This document shows positions 27,773 through 35,416 of a stretch of DNA of 35,416 nucleotides, in pieces. Made by a program: the position numbers and the translations under genes. Position 1 is the first letter of the stretch; the number at the start of each line of letters is the position of its first letter. The notes beneath the pieces are model-generated. The model had not been told where the DNA came from. It was given only the letters and a program-made list of their open reading frames with translations, and did not search any database. This DNA is from Myxococcota bacterium (lineage in GTDB: Bacteria; Myxococcota; JACRCW01), in NCBI GenBank assembly GCA_040752415.1, contig JBFMGU010000105.1, forward strand, positions 1 through 35,416. Reading direction: 5' to 3'.

Positions 27773-29818
27773 GTGAGCCAGGATATCCACCACACCGCGC
27801 TGGTCATTGAGGATGACGACGCCACCCGGAACATGGTGACGCAGGTGCTGGTCCGGGAGGGCCTCTCCGTGTCCGGCGCCTCCACCGGGCTGGCGGGGCG
27901 CAACGCGCTGCAGACCGACGAGTTCGACGTGGTGGTGTGCGACCTGGCGCTCCCGGAGGTGGACGGATTCGAGCTGCTCACCGAGTTCCGCGCCCTGGCG
28001 CCGGAGACGCCCATTGTCATTGCCAGCGCGCACCTGAGTGAGGCGCGCATGCTGAGCTGCTTCCGCGGCGGCGCCTTTGACGTGCTCATCAAGCCCTACG
28101 GCCCCGCCGCGCTGCGCGGCGTGGTGGCGCGGGCGCTGGAGCACCGTCGCAACAGCGTGTCCCGGTTGCTGCACACCATCGAGGAGACGGTGCTGCACCT
28201 CAAGGACCCGGCGCACACCCCGGACCGCATCGTGGAGGCCACGGTGCGGCTCATGGACGCGGACGTGGCGTCCCTGATGACGCCGGAGGATGACGGCACG
28301 CTGCGCATCCTCTCCGCCCGCGGCCTCAGTGACGACGTGGTCATCGGCACCGCTATTGCCCCGGGGACCAGCATTGCCTCCGCGGTGGCGCGCCTGGGTC
28401 GTCCCGCGCTGCTCCAGGCCGGCGCGGAGCTGGAGGCCGCGTTCGCCGGCTTGCCCCGCCAACGGGCCACGCGCTCCTCCATCGTGTTTCCGCTGCATGC
28501 GGGCGGGCGCGTGGTGGGCGTGCTCAACGTCGGGCGCCGCACCAACACCGTCCCGTTCCGTCAGGCCGACCTCAAGCGGCTGGCGCTGCTCGCCACCAGC
28601 GCGGCGCTGGCGCTGGAGAACATGCGCCTCATGAAGCGCCTCACCAGCAATGAGCGGCTGGTGGCCATTGGCCAGGTGGCCGGAGGCGTGGCGCACGAGA
28701 TCAACAACCCCTGCACCTACGTGCTGAGCAGCCTGGAGCACGCGCAGGAGACGCTGGAGCAGATGCGCCGGGAACCGCCTTCCTCCGCGGGGGCGCTGCA
28801 GACCACGCTCTCCGACGTGGGTGAAGCCCTCCGGGATGCCATGGAAGGCACGCGGCGCATCCGGGAGATTGCCCGCGACATCCGCGCGGTGGGCCGGACC
28901 CATGACAAGCTGGACGCGCCCATTGACGTCAATGACGCCGTCCGCGCCGCGGTGCGCATGACCGCCGCCGAGCTGCGCCACCTGGATGTCAGGGTGGCCC
29001 TGGAGCTGGGCGGCGGGCTCCAGGTGCTGGGCAGCGTGGGCAAGCTGACGCAGGTGCTCATCAACCTGCTGGTCAACGCCGCGCACGCCACCACCAGCCT
29101 GCCCGCGGAGCGTCGCAACCTCACGGTGCGGACGGAGCACCACGGAGACCGCGCCGTGGTGGAGGTGATGGACCAGGGCTGCGGGATTGCCACCGCGCTA
29201 CAGCGACGCATCTTCGAGCCGTTCTTCTCCACCAAGCGGGAAGGCGGCATGGGCATGGGGCTGTGGTTGAGCCGGGAGATCGTGCGGGCGCACGGCGGGG
29301 TGTTGCTGCTGTCCTCCGTGGAGGGTGAGGGCTCCACGTTCGCGGTGCACCTGCCGCTGGTCCCCGCCGCGGTGATGCCGGACCGTGTGGTGGTTCCCGT
29401 GACCATGCCGCGCGTGCTGGTGGTGGATGATGAAGCGGCCATCCGTCGGGCCTTTGCGCGCATGTTCGCCCGCACCCACCACGTGATCACCGCCGACGAC
29501 GGGGACGACGCCATCCGCCGGCTCCAGGCCGACGCGTTTGACGTGGTGGTGACGGACCTGATGATGCCGCGCACCAGTGGCAAGGAGCTGTTTGAGTGGA
29601 TCAACGTGAACGCCGCGCACATGGCACCGCGCGTGGTGTTCATGACCGGCAGCATCGCCGCGCGGGACATGCAGGCGTTCTTCGAGCGGGTGATGAACCC
29701 GGTGATCGAGAAGCCGTTCGAGAAGAAGACCATGTCCGATGCGCTGGAGGACGTCATCATCCGGCTGGGACGGGTGCAGCCCAGCGCGCCGTCCAGACCG
29801 GCGCCCGAGCTGGTGTGA
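27773..29818 (+). CDS. Hybrid sensor histidine kinase (REC-GAF-HisKA-HATPase-REC)
   Basis: N-terminal REC (IEDD...CDLALP...KP); AHEINNP; NLLVNA; DQGCGI; FEPFFSTK; GMGL; C-terminal REC (VDDE...TDLMMP...KPF). The GTG start at 27773 is inferred. Confidence 0.92.
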   Translation: MSQDIHHTALVIEDDDATRNMVTQVLVREGLSVSGASTGLAGRNALQTDEFDVVVCDLALPEVDGFELLTEFRALAPETPIVIASAHLSEARMLSCFRGGAFDVLIKPYGPAALRGVVARALEHRRNSVSRLLHTIEETVLHLKDPAHTPDRIVEATVRLMDADVASLMTPEDDGTLRILSARGLSDDVVIGTAIAPGTSIASAVARLGRPALLQAGAELEAAFAGLPRQRATRSSIVFPLHAGGRVVGVLNVGRRTNTVPFRQADLKRLALLATSAALALENMRLMKRLTSNERLVAIGQVAGGVAHEINNPCTYVLSSLEHAQETLEQMRREPPSSAGALQTTLSDVGEALRDAMEGTRRIREIARDIRAVGRTHDKLDAPIDVNDAVRAAVRMTAAELRHLDVRVALELGGGLQVLGSVGKLTQVLINLLVNAAHATTSLPAERRNLTVRTEHHGDRAVVEVMDQGCGIATALQRRIFEPFFSTKREGGMGMGLWLSREIVRAHGGVLLLSSVEGEGSTFAVHLPLVPAAVMPDRVVVPVTMPRVLVVDDEAAIRRAFARMFARTHHVITADDGDDAIRRLQADAFDVVVTDLMMPRTSGKELFEWINVNAAHMAPRVVFMTGSIAARDMQAFFERVMNPVIEKPFEKKTMSDALEDVIIRLGRVQPSAPSRPAPELV

Positions 29819-29821
29819 CGG

Positions 29822-30658
29822 TCAGCCCTTGAGCGCGAGGATCCGCTCGTACACGGCGGCGCGTGAGAGGCGCAGCTCCCGGGCCAATCGCTTGGCCAGC
29901 GAGCTGGGCGGCTCCCCGGCGCTGAGCCCGGCGCGGATGGCGTTGTCCAGGGCGTGCTCGTCGGCGGCCACATCCTCCGCACCGCCCACCACCACCACCG
30001 CCTCCCCCAGCAGCGTCAGCTCCTCCTGCTGCAACCCCTTCAACGTGCCGCGGCGCACCTCCTCGTGCAGCTTGGTCAGCTCGCGACAGATGGCCGCGGG
30101 CCGGTCTCCCAGCACCGCCTCCAACGACGAGAGCACCTCCTTCAGCTCGCGCGCGGGGGCGAAGAAGATGAGCGTGGCGGACAGCTCGCGCAGCTCCTCC
30201 AGCAGCGCCTGACGGCGGGAGACCTTGTCGGGAAGGAACCCGGCGAAGTGGAAACGCGCGCTGGGCAAGCCGCTGAGACACAACGCCGCCAGCGGCGCGG
30301 AGGGACCGGGGATGACCGTCACGGGGATGTCCTGCCGGATGGCCTCGCGCACCACCGGGAAGCCCGGGTCGCTGATGAGTGGCATGCCCGCGTCGGTGAT
30401 CAAGGCCACGCGGGACCCGCTCTTCACCTCGTCGACGATCTTGTGCGCCAGCTTGTCCTCGTTGTGCTCGTGCAGCGCCAGGCGTCGACCGGTGGCGCCC
30501 ACGTGCGTGAGGAGCGGTGCGCTGTGCCGGGTGTCCTCGCAGGCCACCACGTCGGCCTCACGCAGCACCCGCGCCGCGCGCCCGCCCATGTCCTCCAGGT
30601 TCCCAATCGGCGTGGCCACCAGGTAGAGGCCGGGCGGCAGCCGTGCGTCGCGACTCAT
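29822..30658 (-). CDS. rsmI: 16S rRNA (cytidine1402-2'-O)-methyltransferase
   Basis: LYLVATPIGNLED, ACEDTRH, TDAGMPLISDPG and RELTKLHEE motifs. Confidence 0.96.
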   Translation of the reverse strand: MSRDARLPPGLYLVATPIGNLEDMGGRAARVLREADVVACEDTRHSAPLLTHVGATGRRLALHEHNEDKLAHKIVDEVKSGSRVALITDAGMPLISDPGFPVVREAIRQDIPVTVIPGPSAPLAALCLSGLPSARFHFAGFLPDKVSRRQALLEELRELSATLIFFAPARELKEVLSSLEAVLGDRPAAICRELTKLHEEVRRGTLKGLQQEELTLLGEAVVVVGGAEDVAADEHALDNAIRAGLSAGEPPSSLAKRLARELRLSRAAVYERILALKG

Positions 30659-31050
30659 GGCTCCGCCTCCGGACGGAACGCATCCCGGATGAGCTCCCAG
30701 GGCGCGTCCTCGCGGTCGCGACAGAGCACGTCAAAGCGCACCGGGCAATCACACGGGTGCTCCAGCAGCCAGCGGTCCGCCGCCACCGCCATGCGCTTGC
30801 GCTTGCGCGCATCCACAGCCAGCACCGCGGGACCAAAGGCGTTGTTGCGCCGCGCCTTGATCTCCACGAAGCACAACACCTCGCCCTCCCGCGCCACCAC
30901 GTCCACCTCGCCACCGCGCACCGTGTAGTTCTGCTGCACCAGCGTGTAGCCCTGCGCCACCAGGAACGCCCGCGCGCTCTCCTCCGCCCGCGCGCCGTAG
31001 CGACGGTTGCTGTGTTCTCCCCGTCGTGAGGGGGTGCGGGTGGGGACCAT
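30655..31050 (-). CDS. yraN: YraN/UPF0102 family putative endonuclease
   Basis: GARAE, GEVDVV, FVEIKAR and RFDV motifs; ATGA overlap with rsmI; exact start uncertain. Confidence 0.9.
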   Translation of the reverse strand: MVPTRTPSRRGEHSNRRYGARAEESARAFLVAQGYTLVQQNYTVRGGEVDVVAREGEVLCFVEIKARRNNAFGPAVLAVDARKRKRMAVAADRWLLEHPCDCPVRFDVLCRDREDAPWELIRDAFRPEAEP

Positions 31051-31103
31051 GCGGGAGGGGCTTTAGCGCGAGCGCTCCAGCGGGTCACGTCCCGCGTGCC
31101 CAC

Positions 31104-31145
31104 CGCCCATCCGTCGTCGGGAGCGGTGAACGTCACGGCAATGTC
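31104..31145 (+). repeat. Left copy of a perfect 42-bp direct repeat
   Basis: CGCCCATCCGTCGTCGGGAGCGGTGAACGTCACGGCAATGTC, identical to 33087-33128. Confidence 0.95.
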
Positions 31146-31252
31146 GGAGGAGGCGGCACGGCCCGCACCGCAGCGGGATGTGGGAGGCCAGGGTCCCAAT
31201 CTGGCTGCGGGTGCATCCACCATGTTACTCGCATGGGCGCTGGGAGGTGCCC

Positions 31253-32296
31253 GTGCTCACGAGTCTCACCGTCAAGGACTTCCGTTGCCTCAAAGACGTG
31301 TCGGTGCCCTTGACCCCACTTCACGTCTTCATTGGCCCCAACGACAGCGGAAAGAGCACGATCTTGCGCGCGGCCCACCTGATTGGTGAAGTGGCGAGCG
31401 CCTCGACAAATGGCGCGTGGCCATTCGACCGAGTCAGGGCGCTTTTCCGATTCGAAGAACGACCCACGCTCCAAGCTGACGTCGTTGATGGGCGCTCCCT
31501 TGTGATGCGACACACCGGCACAGGCTACGAAGCCCGCGTGAGGCCTGGGGGCGCGGTCGTCGCCGAATTCACACAGAACGGCACGTCAGGGGCCCGCGCG
31601 ACTGGGCCTGATCGCGAAGTATGCGCAGCGATCGGACCAGCGACGTTCGTGCGCCTGAATGCCAGCGCCCTTCGCGAGCCCAGCGAGCTCATTCCGGAAG
31701 GTGCGGAGATCGCCTTCCAGGATACCGGCGCCGGATTGGCAGGCGTGTACGAAGCCATTCTGTCGCGCGGCGACCAGAGCTTTCATGAGATTGCCGCGCG
31801 GGTACGGACCCTCTTCCCAACCATCAAGCGACTGTGGGTCCCCACCACGCCCGAGAAGAAGAAGGAGCTTGCCATTGAGTTGCACGACGGCGTGGAGGTG
31901 CGTTCCGCGGACATGAGCGAGGGCCTGCTCTACTACCTCGCATTCGAGGCACTCGCGTGCATCCAGCGCCCAGCGGTGATCCTGGTGGAGGAACCAGAGA
32001 ACGGGTTGCATCCCGCACGCATCGCTGAGGTCATGAAGCTGCTTCGCGGCATTGCAGAGGACAAGACCAGGCCGGCGCAGGTGCTCATCGCCACGCACAG
32101 CCCGCTCGTGGTCAACGAGGCGCGCCCAGAAGAGGTCACCGTCGTCACCCGCGATGTCGAACGCGGAACGCAGTGCACGCGGATGAAGGACACACCACAC
32201 TTCGAGGAACGCCAAAAGGTGTATGCCCTCGGCGAGCTCTGGCTCTCCTATGCCGACGGCCGGGACGAGACTCCCTTGCTCCGGGGCCTTTCATGA
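31253..32296 (+). CDS. ABC-type/AAA_21-like ATPase
   Basis: GGAGG before GTG 31253; Walker A GPNDSGKS; signature MSEG; Walker B/D-loop ILVEEPENGLHP; H-loop ATHSP; C-terminal LGELW. Confidence 0.9.
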   Translation: MLTSLTVKDFRCLKDVSVPLTPLHVFIGPNDSGKSTILRAAHLIGEVASASTNGAWPFDRVRALFRFEERPTLQADVVDGRSLVMRHTGTGYEARVRPGGAVVAEFTQNGTSGARATGPDREVCAAIGPATFVRLNASALREPSELIPEGAEIAFQDTGAGLAGVYEAILSRGDQSFHEIAARVRTLFPTIKRLWVPTTPEKKKELAIELHDGVEVRSADMSEGLLYYLAFEALACIQRPAVILVEEPENGLHPARIAEVMKLLRGIAEDKTRPAQVLIATHSPLVVNEARPEEVTVVTRDVERGTQCTRMKDTPHFEERQKVYALGELWLSYADGRDETPLLRGLS

Positions 32297-32925
32297 AGGT
32301 GCTTCTTGCCGGTGAGGGCCCCACGGAGCTTGGCGGATGGGCCAATGAGCCGGCCTATCGCACCCCCGAGAACCCTGGCCTGCTCGAGGTGCTTGCCAGG
32401 CGCATTCGCCCCGATGGCTGGGAAATCGGCGACGCCATCATCTGGAAGTACATCCGCAAGTATCGCAGTGGCGACCACCGTACGCCTGAACAGCGGAATC
32501 TGCTGGGAGCGTTGCTGCTGGCGCATGAGAAGGGCCTGTCCGGCGTTGTGTTCTCGCGCGACCGTGATGGCGACGTCGAACGGGAACACCAGTTCAATCA
32601 AGCACTGGCACGGGCTGCGGGACAGTTCCCCTCACTCACCCTCGCAGGCGGGATGGCGGTTGAAGAGATCGAAGCGTGGGTATTGGCCATGCGTGGTGAC
32701 AAGCGCGCGGAGCGGCACCGGGATCCCAAGCAGGAGTTGGGAAAGCACGGCGTCGTGGGCCTGGAAGCCATGAGGCAGGTCGCGGAGAAAGCCGACCTTG
32801 CACAGGCCTGCGCGCATTCACCGTCGCTCGCCAGCTGGTTGGAACGCGCCAAGGCTCTGGGCGGCGCCAAAACGGAACCTTCCGCTGCGGCATCACCCCA
32901 GCCCAAGCCGAAGAAGGCTCCGTGA
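32293..32925 (+). CDS. TOPRIM-like protein (DUF4276/RloB-like), partner of the ATPase
   Basis: ATGA overlap; GEGPTE, RDRDGD (DxD), EEIEAWVLA, DPK and SPSL motifs. Confidence 0.7.
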   Translation: MKVLLAGEGPTELGGWANEPAYRTPENPGLLEVLARRIRPDGWEIGDAIIWKYIRKYRSGDHRTPEQRNLLGALLLAHEKGLSGVVFSRDRDGDVEREHQFNQALARAAGQFPSLTLAGGMAVEEIEAWVLAMRGDKRAERHRDPKQELGKHGVVGLEAMRQVAEKADLAQACAHSPSLASWLERAKALGGAKTEPSAAASPQPKPKKAP

Positions 32926-33086
32926 TCGGGCCGACTGTCCCCGCCCGGCCGCCCTTGGTGTCCTGAGCTTGTTGGACGAGGCAGTTGGCTTCTCGGACGA
33001 CGGCCCTGTGCGTTCCCCGTCGGGAGCGAGGGCGGTCCCCGCTATTCGCTGGGTCATCTGGTGCGCCCTCCCGACCGGAGCCAGCG

Positions 33087-33128
33087 CGCCCATCCGTCGT
33101 CGGGAGCGGTGAACGTCACGGCAATGTC
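33087..33128 (+). repeat. Right copy of the 42-bp direct repeat
   Basis: Identical to 31104-31145. Confidence 0.95.
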
Positions 33129-33141
33129 ACACGCCTGCCAC
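33114..33141 (+). promoter_or_regulatory. Putative Pho box upstream of the PhoB-like gene
   Basis: GTCAC (33115), GTCAC (33126) and GCCAC (33137) at an exact 11-bp period. Confidence 0.65.
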
Positions 33142-33188
33142 GCGCCATGTCTTATGTGCGCGCCGTCGATTTCCCAGGAGGACACTCC

Positions 33189-33887
33189 ATGAGCGCCACC
33201 GTGCTGTTGGTCGAGGATGAGGCGGACATTGCCTCGGTGCTGCAGTTCAATCTCGAGCGTGAGCAGATGCAGGTCCGCGTGGCCCACCACGGTGCCCACG
33301 GCCTGGAGCTGGCGCAGCAGTCCCCGCCGCCCTCCCTGGTGGTGCTCGACGTCATGTTGCCGGACATGAGCGGCCTGGAGGTGTGTCGACGCCTGCGTGC
33401 GCATCCCGGCACCGCCACCGTGCCCATCATGCTGCTCACCGCGCTGGGCGAGGAGATCGATCGGGTGGTGGGGTTTGAGATGGGCGCGGATGACTACGTG
33501 GTGAAGCCGTTCTCGGTGCGGGAGCTGGTCCTGCGCATCAAGGCGCTCCTGCGACGCGCCCAACCGGAGCAGGAGGCGCAGGTGCGTTCCTACGGCATGC
33601 TGCGCGTGGACGTGGACGGGCACCGCGCCTGGGTGGGCAACGAGGAGGTCCCCGTCACCGCGCTGGAGTTCAAGCTGCTCATGACGTTCGTGGGTCGCGC
33701 GGGACGCACCCAGACGCGGGAGGCGCTGCTCGACGAGGTGTGGGGCTCCCGGGGAGACGTGGGCACACGCACCGTGGACACCAGCATCAAGCGCCTGCGC
33801 GAGAAGCTCGGGCCGGCCGGGGACTACGTCGAGACCGTGCGCGGCGTGGGCTACCGGTGGGCCACGCCTCGACCGATGCCGCAGTGA
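33189..33887 (+). CDS. phoB: OmpR/PhoB-family response regulator, probably PhoB/PhoP
   Basis: AGGAGG RBS; VEDE, LDVMLP and GADDYVVKPFSVREL; wHTH RTVDTSIKRLREKLG and ETVRGVGYR. The phoB label rests partly on the flanking Pho-box-like motifs. Confidence 0.75.
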   Translation: MSATVLLVEDEADIASVLQFNLEREQMQVRVAHHGAHGLELAQQSPPPSLVVLDVMLPDMSGLEVCRRLRAHPGTATVPIMLLTALGEEIDRVVGFEMGADDYVVKPFSVRELVLRIKALLRRAQPEQEAQVRSYGMLRVDVDGHRAWVGNEEVPVTALEFKLLMTFVGRAGRTQTREALLDEVWGSRGDVGTRTVDTSIKRLREKLGPAGDYVETVRGVGYRWATPRPMPQ

Positions 33888-33914
33888 CTCACCGTGGCCC
33901 CACCACCGTCGGGG

Positions 33915-33975
33915 TTGTCACCGAAATGACATCCTAATTTTCGGAGAGTTCGTGGTGATGTCATCGAGCTGACAC
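33915..33975 (+). promoter_or_regulatory. Two Pho-box-like sites upstream of the lipoprotein
   Basis: TTGTCAC-N4-ATGACAT (33915-33932) and ATGTCAT-N4-CTGACAC (33958-33975). Confidence 0.6.
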
Positions 33976-34021
33976 GCACGCATGGCACATCCGCACGCCT
34001 TCACGACACGGAGGCGTGACC

Positions 34022-35359
34022 ATGAAAAAGCAGATCAATTCCCTGATGATGGCTGCCGCGGCGTTCCTGGGCGCATGCGGTGAGACCGGCAACCCCCAGG
34101 ACACCAACCCGCCCGCCACGACGAGCGGCGAGTGCACCAACGGCGTCTGCGTGCTGAGCGGCGCGCTGGTGCAGGACCTGACCCTGACCGCGGACAAGAA
34201 GTGGCTGCTGCGCGGCGGCGTGTTCGTGGGCAATGACGTGGATCCCACCGTGCTCACCATCGAGCCGGGCACGCAGATCTACGGCGAGTCATCCACCAAC
34301 GGCATGCTGGTGGTGACGCGCGGCTCGAAGATCATGGCCCAGGGCACCCGCGAGAAGCCCATTGTCTTCACCTCCTCCAAGAGCGAGGGCGCCCGCGCCC
34401 GCGGCGACTGGGGCGGGGTCATCATCAACGGCCGCGCGCCGGTGAACGGCTGCAGCGCCGGCACCGATCTGTGCGAGGCCTTTGGTGAAGGCGGCACCGG
34501 CTACTACGGCGGCACCAATCCCGACGACAACAGCGGCGTCATCCAGTACGTGCGCGTGGAGTTCGCCGGCCGGCTCATCAGCCCGGACAACGAGCTCAAC
34601 GGCATTGCGTTCCAGGGCGTGGGGCGCGGCACGGTGGTGGACTACGTCCAGATCCACATGGCCAAGGATGACTGCATTGAGTTCTTTGGCGGCACGGTGG
34701 ACGCCAAGCACATTGTCTGCACCGGCATTGCCGACGACAACCTGGACTGGACCGACGGCTGGAACGGCCGGCTGCAGTTCATGATCGCCCAGCAGTACGA
34801 GGACGCCGGCGACAACGGCATCGAGGGTGACAACAACGCGGAGGACAACGCTTCCAGCCCGCGCAGCCACCCGGTCATCTCCAACGTCACGCTGCTGGGC
34901 TCCCCCAACTCCGACCAGTCCGACATTGGCGTGCTGCTGCGCGAGGGCACCGCGGCCAACATCTCCAACATCATCGTCTCCGGGTTCAATGAGGCCTGCC
35001 TGGACATCGACCACACCGAGACGTTCACCCACGGCATCAACAACAACACGCTGACCGGCAACCTGACGCTGGACCACTCCATCTTCCACTGCGTCACCCC
35101 GTTCATCGAGGACGCCGACGAGCCGGTCACCGTGGCCACGTTCTTCAACGACCTCAATGACGCCAACAGCGTCGAGGACCCGGTGCTGGTGGCGCCGGAC
35201 AACCTGGTGCAGCCCAACTTTGCCCCGGAGTCGGGCTCGCCGGCGCGGCTCAACGTGGCCATCCCCAATGATCCGTTCTTCACCCAGGTCACCTTCCGCG
35301 GCGGCATGGACCCCGCCGACGACTGGACCACGGGTTGGACGGTGAGCATGCGCAACTGA
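34022..35359 (+). CDS. Surface lipoprotein, probable beta-helix, likely phosphate-starvation induced
   Basis: MKK...FLGAC lipobox; GDWGGVIING, DDNSGVIQYVRVEFAG, NELNG and DDCIEFFGGTV motifs. Confidence 0.75.
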   Translation: MKKQINSLMMAAAAFLGACGETGNPQDTNPPATTSGECTNGVCVLSGALVQDLTLTADKKWLLRGGVFVGNDVDPTVLTIEPGTQIYGESSTNGMLVVTRGSKIMAQGTREKPIVFTSSKSEGARARGDWGGVIINGRAPVNGCSAGTDLCEAFGEGGTGYYGGTNPDDNSGVIQYVRVEFAGRLISPDNELNGIAFQGVGRGTVVDYVQIHMAKDDCIEFFGGTVDAKHIVCTGIADDNLDWTDGWNGRLQFMIAQQYEDAGDNGIEGDNNAEDNASSPRSHPVISNVTLLGSPNSDQSDIGVLLREGTAANISNIIVSGFNEACLDIDHTETFTHGINNNTLTGNLTLDHSIFHCVTPFIEDADEPVTVATFFNDLNDANSVEDPVLVAPDNLVQPNFAPESGSPARLNVAIPNDPFFTQVTFRGGMDPADDWTTGWTVSMRN

Positions 35360-35367
35360 GGAACCCA

Positions 35368-35406
35368 CGCGGAGGTGGCGGGCGTCTGGTGTCCGCCTCC
35401 TCCGCG
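35368..35406 (+). terminator. GC-rich hairpin after the lipoprotein stop
   Basis: CGCGGAGGTGGCGGGC pairs with GTCCGCCTCCTCCGCG. There is no U-tract, so it may be a stabilising stem rather than a terminator. Confidence 0.45.
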
Positions 35407-35416
35407 CTGCAACCCC

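Noticed and set aside
31104..33128. Prophage or IS element
   Set aside because: No integrase, transposase, phage genes or terminal inverted repeats; the repeat is not tRNA-like.

Overview
GC-rich bacterial chromosomal window, most consistent with Myxococcota (MYXO-CTERM-type tails, Cys-rich matrixins); the taxonomy is an inference. From left to right it holds: a partial CDS, a TylF-type O-methyltransferase, a GT-C-like membrane protein, a CAP lipoprotein, gltD-gltB, a vapBC toxin-antitoxin pair with an operator palindrome, a SIMPL protein, a DUF6483-like protein, a frameshifted DUF4258-like toxin with an MqsA-like antitoxin, two hypotheticals and an orphan Omp85/BamA paralogue. Next come a ~0.85 kb non-coding region of nested inverted and tandem repeats, a YfdX-like lipoprotein and a secreted protease cluster (zinc-ribbon protein, M16 pair, two matrixins flanking a small accessory gene). 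The right end carries a hybrid histidine kinase, rsmI-yraN, an ABC/AAA ATPase plus TOPRIM-like (DUF4276-like) pair, a PhoB-like regulator and a lipoprotein preceded by Pho-box-like motifs. Three signals stand out. (1) The ATPase-TOPRIM cassette is bounded by a perfect 42-bp direct repeat that duplicates part of the phoB Pho box, with no integrase. (2) A 630-bp MITE-like element with GAA target-site-like flanks carries a 62-bp perfect internal inverted repeat and a 6x38-bp tandem array. (3) The matrixin-accessory-matrixin module may encode a free-standing prodomain or inhibitor. Family names come from motif recognition only; no searches were run.
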